Below are positions 25,234 through 34,451 of a stretch of DNA of 64,000 nt, piece after piece (within the stretch, counting starts at the first letter, position 1; every line of letters begins with the position of its first letter). The translations under genes and the position numbers were made by a program. Source of the DNA: Vicinamibacterales bacterium (GTDB taxonomy: Bacteria > Acidobacteriota > Vicinamibacteria > Vicinamibacterales > UBA2999); assembly GCA_035293405.1 (NCBI GenBank), contig DATDOE010000040.1, positions 95,672-159,671 on the forward strand, read 5' to 3'. Under the pieces are notes generated by a model that made no database searches, was not told the DNA's origin, and saw only the letters and a list, made by a program, of their open reading frames with translations.

Positions 25234-25290
25234 GGTCCAGCCACAGAAGAACCGCAACCTGAATCAAATCGACCCGCCTACGATTACGCC

Positions 25291-26157
25291 ATGAACGAAC
25301 GGACGACTCGCAGCGACTATGCGATCCGCCTCGAACGGGTCTTCACGTGGCTGGTTGACCATCTGGACGAGACGCTCGATTTGCACCGTCTGGCCGAGGT
25401 CGCCTGCATGTCCCCGTATCACTTTCACCGGATCTACCACGCCATGCAAGGGGAGACCGCCGCCGACACGGTACGGCGGCTGCGCCTGCACCGGGCGGCG
25501 GTGGAGCTGATTACCGGTGAGCTGCCCGTGTCGCGCATCGCGCGCCGGGCCGGGTACGGAAGCCAGGAGGCGTTCACCCGAACATTCAAGGCCGCCTATG
25601 GCGTTCCGCCGGCACGCTACCGGGCCGCGTTCGTTCCCATGCCGACGGCCCACAGAACGGAGCACGAGATGAAGACGATGGACACGGAGACGAGGTATCA
25701 GGCGACCACACGAGAGCTACCGGGCATCACGGTGGCGGCGCTCGCGCACCGAGGCGATTACCAGACGATCCCCGGCACGTTCGTACGGCTGGCGACGATG
25801 GCGGGACCACTCCGCATGTTCCGGCCGGAAACACGATCGTTCGGAATCTATTACGACGACCCGGCGGCAACACCTGTGGAAGCGCTGCGGTCCGAGGCCT
25901 GCATGACGGTGCCAGACGACTGGACGCCGAGCGGCGATCTGGAGCGGCGTGAGATTCGGGGCGGCCGCTATGCGGTGGCGTTGCACGTCGGTCCGTACGC
26001 GGAGCTCGGTCACGTCTACACGTGGCTGTACGGCACGTGGCTCGCGCAGAGCGGAGAGGAAGCGGCCGACGCGCCGTGCATAGAGGAGTATCTGAACGAC
26101 GCGCGCACCGTCCCGGCAGCCGAACTCAGAACCGAGATCTGGTTACCGCTCCGCTGA
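25291..26157 (+). CDS. AraC-family transcriptional regulator fused to a GyrI-like small-molecule-binding domain
   Basis: HTH LHRLAEVACMSPYHFHRIYHAMQGETAADTVRRLRLHRAA...GYGSQEAFTRTFKAAYGVPPARYR. The C-terminal GyrI-like half ends ...EIWLPL. Confidence 0.85.
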   Translation: MNERTTRSDYAIRLERVFTWLVDHLDETLDLHRLAEVACMSPYHFHRIYHAMQGETAADTVRRLRLHRAAVELITGELPVSRIARRAGYGSQEAFTRTFKAAYGVPPARYRAAFVPMPTAHRTEHEMKTMDTETRYQATTRELPGITVAALAHRGDYQTIPGTFVRLATMAGPLRMFRPETRSFGIYYDDPAATPVEALRSEACMTVPDDWTPSGDLERREIRGGRYAVALHVGPYAELGHVYTWLYGTWLAQSGEEAADAPCIEEYLNDARTVPAAELRTEIWLPLR

Positions 26158-26191
26158 AGTCGCTGCCTCCATCTCCGCGTGACTCGAGGAC

Positions 26192-26581
26192 ATGAAGACC
26201 TACGAACACGAGTGGATTTTCGAGCCGTTTGCCAGGCACCGGACCTTCTTCACCAAGAGAATGTTCGGTGCGCTCGCCGCCTACCTCTTCGAGCGTCAGA
26301 TGCTGCTGCTCGTCGAGCCAACGAAGTCCGGCCGCTGGCGCTGGCACGGGGTTCTGGTCTGCACGGACTACGAACATCACGCGTCCCTTCAAGCCGAGTT
26401 CCCGGCGTTGATGCCGCATGCGGTGCTGCGAAAGTGGCTGTTCGTCGATTCGGCCCACGAAGATTTCGAATCGACGATGCACGCCGTGGCGACGCGGGTC
26501 GCACGCAACGATCCGCGCTTCGGTATCGTGCCCGGGAGTCCGAAACCAAAGAAACGAAAGCGCATCGGAGTGCGACGGTGA
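26192..26581 (+). CDS. hypothetical protein, weak TfoX-N-like resemblance
   Basis: 129 aa with SD GAGGA before the ATG. KRMFGALAAYLFERQMLLLV recalls the TfoX/Sxy N-terminal domain. Basic tail KPKKRKR. Confidence 0.5.
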   Translation: MKTYEHEWIFEPFARHRTFFTKRMFGALAAYLFERQMLLLVEPTKSGRWRWHGVLVCTDYEHHASLQAEFPALMPHAVLRKWLFVDSAHEDFESTMHAVATRVARNDPRFGIVPGSPKPKKRKRIGVRR

Positions 26582-26760
26582 ATGCCGTCTTGAGGTGGGT
26601 CCCGAACGAGCCAATCGGCAACAGATCGTCTCTGTCTGCCTTCCCACATTCAATATACGCGTGGCCGGCGCGGTTGACAAGACTGTTTGTGCCGATGATT
26701 TGTTGCTAGGGTGAGCGGACCGCCTCCGGTGCCGGCGACCGGAAATGAGCAAGGAGGTCC

Positions 26761-28455
26761 ATGCGAAAACCCGTTGGTCGTCCTCGTGGACTGCGCGCGA
26801 AGGAATCGGGCTCCACGCAAGACCGGCGTCGTCTGCTCGATCGCATTCTGGACACGCCGCATCTCGCCCGCGTGGTCCCTCACCTGCAGCCGGAGGTGCT
26901 TCACAGGATCATTCAGAGCTGCGGACTCGAGGATTGCGGCGAGATCGTGGCGCTGACGACGCCCGATCAGCTGGCGCGGGTCTTCGATCTCGACCTGTGG
27001 CGCCCCGCGCGACCGGGCTCGGACGAGGAGTTCGACGCCGAACGCTTCGGCCTCTGGCTCGAAGTGATGATGGAAGCCGGTGCGGCGGCCGCGGCGCGGA
27101 CACTCGCCGATGTCGACGTCGATCTGGCGACCGCGGCGTTCGCGCAGCACGTGCGCGTCTTCGATCCTGCGACCCTCTCGCCCGCTGAGACAGCGGACGG
27201 AGACGAGATGCCGGCCGGTGACACACCCAGCGATCATCTGAGTTGCGAGTTAGGCGGATACCTGGTCGTGGCCAGGGAGACCGACTCGTGGGACGCCGTC
27301 GTTGCCGTGCTGTCCGCCCTCGACGCGGAGCATCAGGCCTATTTCCATCGTGTGATGCGCGGGTGTAGAGACCTCACCAACTCCGGGTTCGAAATCGATG
27401 GCCTGGACGATCTGCTCACACACACAGAGCAGACGATGTTCGACCTGGCGTTCGATCGGGAACAACGCCGGGAACAGCACGGGTACGTGACAGCGCCGCA
27501 GGCCCGGGCGTTTCTCCAGATGTCGCGACAGCTGCCGCTCGGCCACGACGCCACGCCGCCCGGCAATCCCGTCGCCCGTGCGTATTTCCGGGCCGTCGAA
27601 TGGACGCCGGCGGACGCGGACAGCGGATCTCACCGTTTGCCGGAGGCATCAGGCGCAGCGCCCGCTGCGGACGACTCCGCCGAGGCCGCCGCCGCCATCG
27701 TCGGAGTGCTTGTCGACGCGGGAATCCTTCCTCAGCAGCCTCGCGGGTTACTCGAGGGACCGAAAGGTCACGCGCCACGTCTTGCGCGTATTCAGACGCA
27801 GATGCAACTCGCTGCTGACCGCGACCACGCGGCGTTTTCGATGAGGAGCCAGGAGCTCGCCTTTCTGGCGAACACGATCGTGGCCGGATGCCCCATCCAG
27901 GCACGGCCCTTCACGGCGCAAGAGGCATCGGACGCCGCTGTTGCGACCTGCAACCTTGGCCTGGAGAACTGGCCGGCCCGCTGGCTCTCAGCCGACCCAC
28001 GCGGCGGCTCCTCCGTTTCACTGCCCGACGACTTTCTCGTCGCGCACGATCTGATCGGCGTGTTTCAGGTCGGATGGACCGTCCTCCACGACGATGTCTG
28101 CATGGACACCGCGGAGCGATTGCTCGGTGTGCTGGCCCATCTCGAGTGTGGCGACCGCGAGACGCAAGCCGGACTCACGGCACTGCGGATCGCGATGACC
28201 AAGCATTGGCGGGCTGGAGCACCGTGGCGGGCCCGTCACGCGCTGGATGTGATCACGATCCTGGACATGCCCGCGTGGGCCACGCTGCTCGGACTGATGG
28301 ACGAATGCCCGGTCATACACGCCGGTATGGCCGTATCCCAAGGCTCACACACCCGCGAGATCAGCGCCACGGCCTTCGAATTCATCTCGGAGAACAGTCA
28401 GATCGCGTCGGTCCACGAATTCATGCGGCTGCTGCCGGAGACACTGCGCGGGTGA
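26761..28455 (+). CDS. conserved hypothetical protein (564 aa), function unknown
   Basis: Strong SD AAGGAGG 5 nt upstream of the ATG. Globular-looking sequence (LLDRILDTPHLARVVPHLQPEVLHRIIQSCGLEDCGEIVALTTPDQLARVFDLDLW). I recognised no catalytic motif. Confidence 0.65.
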   Translation: MRKPVGRPRGLRAKESGSTQDRRRLLDRILDTPHLARVVPHLQPEVLHRIIQSCGLEDCGEIVALTTPDQLARVFDLDLWRPARPGSDEEFDAERFGLWLEVMMEAGAAAAARTLADVDVDLATAAFAQHVRVFDPATLSPAETADGDEMPAGDTPSDHLSCELGGYLVVARETDSWDAVVAVLSALDAEHQAYFHRVMRGCRDLTNSGFEIDGLDDLLTHTEQTMFDLAFDREQRREQHGYVTAPQARAFLQMSRQLPLGHDATPPGNPVARAYFRAVEWTPADADSGSHRLPEASGAAPAADDSAEAAAAIVGVLVDAGILPQQPRGLLEGPKGHAPRLARIQTQMQLAADRDHAAFSMRSQELAFLANTIVAGCPIQARPFTAQEASDAAVATCNLGLENWPARWLSADPRGGSSVSLPDDFLVAHDLIGVFQVGWTVLHDDVCMDTAERLLGVLAHLECGDRETQAGLTALRIAMTKHWRAGAPWRARHALDVITILDMPAWATLLGLMDECPVIHAGMAVSQGSHTREISATAFEFISENSQIASVHEFMRLLPETLRG

Positions 28456-28477
28456 CTGTGAGAATGCAGGGGTCTTG

Positions 28478-28529
28478 GGCCACGGAGGCCACGGAGATTA
28501 GGCCACCGGAGAATCAGCCACAAAGAGCA
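28478..28529. repeat. CACGGAG-family heptamer repeat cluster, forward orientation
   Basis: ggccacggaggccacggagattaggccaccggagaatcagccacaaagagca. Confidence 0.8.
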
Positions 28530-28704
28530 TGAGCCGTAGACCAGAGTCGGGCACCATACACTACGGCGTTTTCGGCGAGGCAACGGCACCCCACTGCGGC
28601 GAAACTGCCGAACATGCTGATGAAAGCAGACCCATTCATACTCGACGTGTTCGAATGTGAGCTGCTCGTCGCTCAAACTCCGGCTCGCCCTTGGTAACGA
28701 AACG

Positions 28705-29370
28705 ATGACTACCTCACACGATCGGATCGCACTTCGTGCGTATGAGCTCTTTGAGGCGCGGGGAAAGCAACACGGTCAGGACTGGGCCGACTGGTTCGAG
28801 GCAGAGCGCGACATACGTGACCATTCTCGCGCCCGCTACTTCAGTTTGGCGCTCCAGTACTACGTTGCCGGGCGGTTTGCCGTTCATGCCAGCCTCAATC
28901 CTGTCGCTGGCAATCTCTTACATCACGCGATCGAGCTCGCGCTCAAAGGCGGTTTGGCACGTGTGACAAGTTCGGAGGATCTCAAGAAGAAATACATGCA
29001 CTCGCTCAATCCGCTGTGGAGAGACTTCAAATTGAGCGTCAGTGACCCACGGCTCGATCGGTTGGATCGAGTCGTCAGCGAGCTGGATCAATTTGAAACG
29101 ATTCGATATCCGGAGCACGTAGAGCAGCACGGAATGTTGGCGTCGATCGCGCCGATTCGCCGTGATCAAGACGCGAAGGGCCCAAGAAAACTACCGTCTC
29201 CCGTGCCGCGGTATAAGTTGTATCTCCCTGAGATCGATGGGTTGCTTGATGCGGTATTCGTTGGTGCGAGCGTCAACCCAGCATTCTTCAAGGGTGAAGT
29301 ATTCAAGAGCGAAGCACGAGACTTCCTGGGACGCGATAACATGACTCGTCTGCGAGATCTCGGCCCGTGA
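28705..29370 (+). CDS. DUF2934-like N-terminus plus HEPN-like helical domain protein
   Basis: RIALRAYELFEARGKQHGQDWADWFEAERDI (DUF2934-type), then ALQYYVAGRFAV...LLHHAIELALKG...FETIRYPEH (HEPN-like). Locally lower GC. Confidence 0.5.
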   Translation: MTTSHDRIALRAYELFEARGKQHGQDWADWFEAERDIRDHSRARYFSLALQYYVAGRFAVHASLNPVAGNLLHHAIELALKGGLARVTSSEDLKKKYMHSLNPLWRDFKLSVSDPRLDRLDRVVSELDQFETIRYPEHVEQHGMLASIAPIRRDQDAKGPRKLPSPVPRYKLYLPEIDGLLDAVFVGASVNPAFFKGEVFKSEARDFLGRDNMTRLRDLGP

Positions 29371-29376
29371 CATCGC

Positions 29377-29411
29377 GGGGAGGCCCCTTGGCGTTGGTTC
29401 GGCCTCCCCTA
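29377..29411 (+). terminator. stem-loop downstream of the HEPN-like gene
   Basis: ggggaggcc-ccttggcgttggttc-ggcctcccc: 9-bp GC stem starting 7 nt after the stop. No clear T-tract. Confidence 0.35.
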
Positions 29412-29670
29412 CCCGACGCGGCCCCGACTACTCCTGATAGGTCGCCTATTGTTTATCAAACGCGTGCGACCGTCGCGGCCTTGATGGTCCTTTCGACATC
29501 GATCAGAATCGGCTCGACCTCGATCCTGAATCGAAAACACAAGACTGCGTTCGGGCTGAGGCGTATGCCAAACATCGAACGCCTCCAAGTTGGACGCCAT
29601 GGGCTTGGCAGACTGGAAGTGGCTCTAAGGCGTTTCGGGAATCTTTGCGTTCCTGGCCCAAGCTCAATAG

Positions 29671-29713
29671 TCTCCGTGCGCTCCGTGGCCAAAGATCTTC
29701 GTGATCTTCGTGG
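29671..29713. repeat. CACGGAG-family heptamer repeat cluster, reverse orientation
   Basis: tctccgtgcgctccgtggccaaagatcttcgtgatcttcgtggc. The reverse complement resembles that of the 25160-25233 copy (gatcacg[ag]agatctttggccacggag). Confidence 0.8.
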
Positions 29714-30112
29714 CTAGCGGGTGGGCGCGCAGAGATCGTCCGTGCAGCGGCCGCGGCGGACGCGGTTGGCGGCGATAGTCCGATAGATCGCGTGGCCGAT
29801 CTGCCGGAAGCCGGGCAGCCGGCCGATGAGGCCGAATGGCCACATCAGCGGTACCACGCGAGCGATCTGCAGATACCCTTCGAATCCCGCGTGAAGTCTG
29901 CCCCGCTGGTCGATCACATACATCTCGACCATCACGGCCGCTTCGCTCAGGCCCGGCGCGAAAAACTCGCGCGCCTCAGCATTGGTCGCGTCCACAAACT
30001 GCAGGCGGTCCATCCAATCCGTCGCGTGAAGGATCCGCGCGGTGCGGCGGCACAGCGGGCAGCCGCCGTCGAAGAGCACGGGCAAACGCGATGGGGACTG
30101 TGCCGACGCCAT
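29714..30112 (-). CDS. thiol-disulfide oxidoreductase DCC family (DUF393)
   Basis: PVLFDGGCPLCRRTARILHATDWMDRLQFVDA is the characteristic DCC motif. Confidence 0.8.
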   Translation of the reverse strand: MASAQSPSRLPVLFDGGCPLCRRTARILHATDWMDRLQFVDATNAEAREFFAPGLSEAAVMVEMYVIDQRGRLHAGFEGYLQIARVVPLMWPFGLIGRLPGFRQIGHAIYRTIAANRVRRGRCTDDLCAPTR

Positions 30113-30113
30113 G

Positions 30114-30932
30114 TCAACCGGCGCGGAAGATCGCCGCCTGCCCGCTCAGCAGGTGGAGACGGCGAAACTCCGGGTTGGCGGTGATGAAATCGTCTACCGC
30201 CTTCTGTGCCCCCGGACAGGTGACCACGCCGTAGTCGTCCACGATCATCATGGCGCCAGGCGCGAGCCGCGACGAGAAGAAGCGCAGGCAGAAGTCGGTC
30301 GCCGGGTGCACGTCAACGTCGATGTGCACGAAGCCGAATCCCGGCTCCGAGGTCAGTCGCTTGCTCGTCTCGAAGATGTCGCCGACCACGAGCTCGACGT
30401 TCGGGTAGCCGGACAGGTACTCGGCAACCCCCTCGGCCGAGGTGTCCTTGAACCCGTCATCGGAGTGCACGCCGTCGATCGCCGGATCAAGCCTGGCGTG
30501 CCCCTGGAAGGTGTCGCACACATAGAAACGCGGCGAGCGGCCGGCCTGCCTCAACGTTTCGGCGATGAACTTGGACGATCCGCCCTGGTAGCTTCCGACC
30601 TCGACCATCGGGAACGTGCGCGGCGCGCCGGTGACCGCCTGCCACAAGGTGTACAGGCGATCGAAGTTCATCCCGATGCGGCCGTCGGCGATCACCTGCT
30701 TGGCGACCACCGAGAAGTCCGGCAGCGTGCTGATGTCGATCTTCTTGCCGATGCCGCTCAGGTAATAGCTGCGGCGCAGCGCCTCGTGCTCTTCGTGGAG
30801 GCGAAGCCGCTCTTCGGTCGAGCGGGCCATCTTGGCCCTCAACTGCTCGAACTTGACCGCGAGCCGCTCTTCATTGGCCGGTGACTTTCTTCGAACCTCA
30901 CCGTCCTGCCGTTCGACCTCGTCCTCGCTCAC
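30114..30932 (-). CDS. TylF/MycF-like class I SAM-dependent O-methyltransferase
   Basis: MVEVGSYQGGSSKFIAE...YVCDTFQGH...FVHIDVDVHPATDFCLRFFSSRLAPGAMMIVDDYG. Confidence 0.8.
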   Translation of the reverse strand: MSEDEVERQDGEVRRKSPANEERLAVKFEQLRAKMARSTEERLRLHEEHEALRRSYYLSGIGKKIDISTLPDFSVVAKQVIADGRIGMNFDRLYTLWQAVTGAPRTFPMVEVGSYQGGSSKFIAETLRQAGRSPRFYVCDTFQGHARLDPAIDGVHSDDGFKDTSAEGVAEYLSGYPNVELVVGDIFETSKRLTSEPGFGFVHIDVDVHPATDFCLRFFSSRLAPGAMMIVDDYGVVTCPGAQKAVDDFITANPEFRRLHLLSGQAAIFRAG

Positions 30933-30965
30933 GGTTCTATCGTAGCCGAGATGATGCGACGCATC

Positions 30966-33914
30966 TCAGCGTCCAACCTTGCCGAGGAGCCGTCCTGCCA
31001 GATTCACGAGTCCGGCAATCATGAGGAGCGGAACCCGCATCGCGAGCGCGCCGATTGAAACACGCGGGCGCGCGCGCCGTCGCGATCGGCGTCCCAGACG
31101 TTCCACGTGATCGGCCGCAACCACTGATGGCCGCTCCCCTGAACCCGACCGAACCATCGTCTTGAAGAATGGGTTCGAGCTGTCCGGCTGCGGTGCACCA
31201 AGAGCCGTGCGCACGTGCCGGTTCACGTCTTCGAGCGTTTCTGCATGGACAACGGAGCTGCCGCTGGTGCTCCACAGGAATTCGACGGGGCCGGTGTCGT
31301 GTACCGTCTTCGCCCCATCCGGGCGAAGCACTGCGACCCCCGGCTTCCCGAGTGCGGCGGCCATCGTCAGCGACAAGGCATCGATACCGACGGTCACGGC
31401 CGCATATCGAACCGACTCCGCCAGGAGGACGGCATCGAGCTCACCCGAACGCTCGTACGCCCGCGGAATCATTACCACATTGTCGACGCCGGTGAAATCA
31501 AGCGATCGCCACCGCGGTGAACGGACCGCCGGACGAATCAGCACCGGCAGGTCGTGCAGCCGCTGATCGGTGCTCGCGCGCAACGAGCTCACCCATCGGC
31601 GGACGAGATCCACTTCCCTCCCGGGCTCGCTCAACACGCCCACCGACCCGGCAAAGAATGCGAACGCCCGGCCAGGTGGCAGGCCAAGCAGCGCACGGAA
31701 CTCGTCGGGCCCGACGGCTGGCGGCTCGTCCAGACATCGTTCGAGAAGTGTGGCCCCGGTCACGATGATGCCGGCGTCGGGCAGATGCAGGTCGCGGACG
31801 ACCGCCGCCCGCTGCGCATCATTCCAGACAAAGACCGCGGATGGTTTTGGCTGCAGGAGCGTGGCGTGCAGCTGTCCGTCGCCACCGCCGGCGATCGCGA
31901 TGGCGGGGATGCCGAGCGAGGACGCCGCGCGAAGGAGGTCCGCCTCTGCTCCGGCGCTCTCCAACGCTGTGACCACATCGCTGTCGGGCAGCGCGAGCAC
32001 CACGTCCGGCTTCTGCTGAACGAGCACATCGCGGGCCGCCGTTGACGAGGGAATCGCTCGATCGAACCGGGCCACGAACCGGCGCAGCGGCCTCGGCATG
32101 CCGCGCCACTGACGGGCGATCCGCGCGATCGGCCGCGCACCTCGCGGCACGACCGCCAGCGCGAGTCGCACGAGCCACGACTGCGCGTTACCTTGGCCGC
32201 GGAGGTCCAGCATCGAGAGATAGGCCGACATGCCAAGCAGTCCCTGACTGATCTCCGCCCACATCCCGTCGGGCTGCGGCAGCAGGCCGGCCTGTATCAC
32301 GCCAGGCACGTCGCACCTGATGCGGGAGTACGCGTCCTCGGTCTGGCCACGACGAGGGGTGAAGACGATCGCGAGGCGATGGCCTCGTTCGGCAAGCGCG
32401 CGAAGGATTGGCTGGTGCAGGAACAGCGATTCCGCCGAGGGCACGCCGAACAGCACGCTGACGAAGTCTTCGCTGTCGCGGCGCGCGGGCAACCCCGCGG
32501 CCCGCCACGCGGTGTAGCTGGCCAACGGCGCGATGATCCTGCGCAGCAACGGTACCCAACGCGGAACGGCTCGCGGCGCGGCGAGGCGATCGGCGACTTC
32601 CTGAACCAGACGAGCCCACATCAGGAAACCGGGCAACAGGTCGGTGCCATGCGGCCGCACCAGCGCGCGCGCGGCGGCCTGATGGGCGCGGTCGAGTCCA
32701 TGGTCGAGAATCCCCCTCAGCGCCACCCCGTGCTCATCGAGGCTCCGCGCGACGCTGGGCCACCCTCGCTGCTCGGCCACCTCCGCACAAAACCGCGCCA
32801 GCTCTTCGTCGCCGTCGTCCGGCCACAACAGCGCGACCACCGGGCGGGCACGCGCCGCAGCCTCGAGCACGAGCGACATATCCATCGCGATCACGGCGTC
32901 CGCGTGCTGCAGCGCCTCGGCGATATCGGCGGCGTACTTCCGGAAGTCGGTGTCGAACCGAGGCAGCACGGCCTCGGAGATCTGTGGATAGGCCTTCTGC
33001 TGCACGCCGGGCGGCGGCGCGGAGTAGACGATCACTCCAGCATCACGAATACGAGGATCGCTGCTCGAGCGAAGGCTGTCGATCCATTGCCGAATCTGCG
33101 CGTGCCGCCGCTCGATGGCGCGACTGCCGGCGGCGAGCAGAAGGACGGTGCGCGCCGGGTCGAGACCGTGGCGGCGGCAGAACTCCTCACGAGTGGTGGT
33201 CACAGCGCCAGCCGTGTCGAGTGGCAGGCACGCGCCGATGACTGCCGTCCTGCGCGCGGGAACGCCAAGGATCTCCACCGCCTGCCGGCGCTGCTCACGG
33301 CTCCACAGAGCCATGCAGTCGGGCAGGACGTGCGGCAGCGCACCGCTGGTCAGATCATCCCATCGCGCAGGCAGTCCGATCGTCGGGATCCCCAGCGTGT
33401 TCGCGGCCCGGATGTAGTCGCTCGCCACCGAGCCGATGCCGAAGAGCGGCGCCACGACCAGCAGGTCGGGATTGTGCGCGTTCAGGAAGTCGACGATGGG
33501 AGGCGGAGGCGGGAGCACCCGCACGAGCATGCGCAGGATTCGAGTGGTCAGCGGCCGGACCAGACGGACGCGCAGCAATCGATTGCGTGCGAGCCGCGAC
33601 GCGAGCGGGGACGCCTCCTGCAGCGCGCGCCGATAGGCACCCTCGTCTCGCGCGTCGAGAAAACGCCAGCAGTCGAGACAGCCGCGAGCGGTCGCGCTCA
33701 ACTCGGCCCAGCGATCGAGATTCGGCGCCAGGCCGATGGTCAGTCGGCGAAACTTTCCGGAGAATGCGGCGACGTCGGTACCCGGTGGCGCCTCGCCGTG
33801 CACGGCGATGTGCACGCGGCCGCGACGCGCCGTCAACTCGGTCAGCGCACTCGCGGACGTCGTCAGCGCACCAAGGTGGGGCGCGACAACCAGTGTGCTT
33901 TTCAGCAGCCGCAT
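30966..33914 (-). CDS. 982-aa protein with two tandem copies of the GT-B-like paralog-family domain
   Basis: Copy 1: MRLLKS...LGIPTIGLPARWDDLTSG...AVIAMDMSLVLEAAARARPVV. Copy 2: VSVLFGVPSAESLFLHQPILRALAERGHRLAIVF...LGIPAIAIAGGGDG...IRPAVRSP...VTVGIDALSLTMAAALGKPGV. Confidence 0.75.
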   Translation of the reverse strand: MRLLKSTLVVAPHLGALTTSASALTELTARRGRVHIAVHGEAPPGTDVAAFSGKFRRLTIGLAPNLDRWAELSATARGCLDCWRFLDARDEGAYRRALQEASPLASRLARNRLLRVRLVRPLTTRILRMLVRVLPPPPPIVDFLNAHNPDLLVVAPLFGIGSVASDYIRAANTLGIPTIGLPARWDDLTSGALPHVLPDCMALWSREQRRQAVEILGVPARRTAVIGACLPLDTAGAVTTTREEFCRRHGLDPARTVLLLAAGSRAIERRHAQIRQWIDSLRSSSDPRIRDAGVIVYSAPPPGVQQKAYPQISEAVLPRFDTDFRKYAADIAEALQHADAVIAMDMSLVLEAAARARPVVALLWPDDGDEELARFCAEVAEQRGWPSVARSLDEHGVALRGILDHGLDRAHQAAARALVRPHGTDLLPGFLMWARLVQEVADRLAAPRAVPRWVPLLRRIIAPLASYTAWRAAGLPARRDSEDFVSVLFGVPSAESLFLHQPILRALAERGHRLAIVFTPRRGQTEDAYSRIRCDVPGVIQAGLLPQPDGMWAEISQGLLGMSAYLSMLDLRGQGNAQSWLVRLALAVVPRGARPIARIARQWRGMPRPLRRFVARFDRAIPSSTAARDVLVQQKPDVVLALPDSDVVTALESAGAEADLLRAASSLGIPAIAIAGGGDGQLHATLLQPKPSAVFVWNDAQRAAVVRDLHLPDAGIIVTGATLLERCLDEPPAVGPDEFRALLGLPPGRAFAFFAGSVGVLSEPGREVDLVRRWVSSLRASTDQRLHDLPVLIRPAVRSPRWRSLDFTGVDNVVMIPRAYERSGELDAVLLAESVRYAAVTVGIDALSLTMAAALGKPGVAVLRPDGAKTVHDTGPVEFLWSTSGSSVVHAETLEDVNRHVRTALGAPQPDSSNPFFKTMVRSGSGERPSVVAADHVERLGRRSRRRARPRVSIGALAMRVPLLMIAGLVNLAGRLLGKVGR

Positions 33915-33920
33915 CGGTTC

Positions 33921-34451
33921 CTAAGAACCTTTGTTCGCCGGCCAGCGAACGGCGAGTGCGGCGATGCGCTTCACGCGCTCCTGGGCACGGCTGGCCAGGT
34001 GCTCTTCGAGGGCCGTGCCGGCGGGAATTCTTCCGGGCACAGTGCTCATGACCATGCCGGTGGCGGACAGAGTGGGAAGCGTGGCGTCGGGCATCGGGTG
34101 CGCCGACGCAGCAGCAACCCGGCGGCGCACGAACGGCCGGACGAGCGCCACTCCGATCGACGAGATCAGCGGCCGGGAGACTCCGATGCCCGCCATCTTC
34201 GTGAGCGTGGACCGCATCGCGTCCGATCCGTCCGCCGTGTCGTCATCGGCGGCCAACGCCGGCATCTCCACGACGCGGAACGGCGCGACACCGTGGGTCA
34301 CGATCGCGGCCGCACGCTGATCGCCGGTCGCGACGAGGATCCAGTCAGGGGTTGACGAGCGGGCCTCGTCCACCACGCGCACACCTGCAGGGGCAAGCGC
34401 TTTGACGCGCTGCAGCGCCGACGCGGTCGCGCCGATCACGAGCAGCATCAT
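33921..34451 (-). CDS. hypothetical protein (176 aa)
   Basis: In-operon ORF with an ATGA overlap to the upstream gene (MMLLVIGATASALQ...). No recognisable domain. The track ORF extends to 34634. Confidence 0.4.
   Translation of the reverse strand: MMLLVIGATASALQRVKALAPAGVRVVDEARSSTPDWILVATGDQRAAAIVTHGVAPFRVVEMPALAADDDTADGSDAMRSTLTKMAGIGVSRPLISSIGVALVRPFVRRRVAAASAHPMPDATLPTLSATGMVMSTVPGRIPAGTALEEHLASRAQERVKRIAALAVRWPANKGS

Noticed and set aside
28398-28676. 92-aa minus-strand ORF starting MSDEQLTFEHVEYEW
   Set aside because: It runs through the CACGGAG repeat and overlaps the 3' end of the 564-aa gene. The C-terminal two thirds are Arg/Leu/Trp-rich junk, and there is no RBS.
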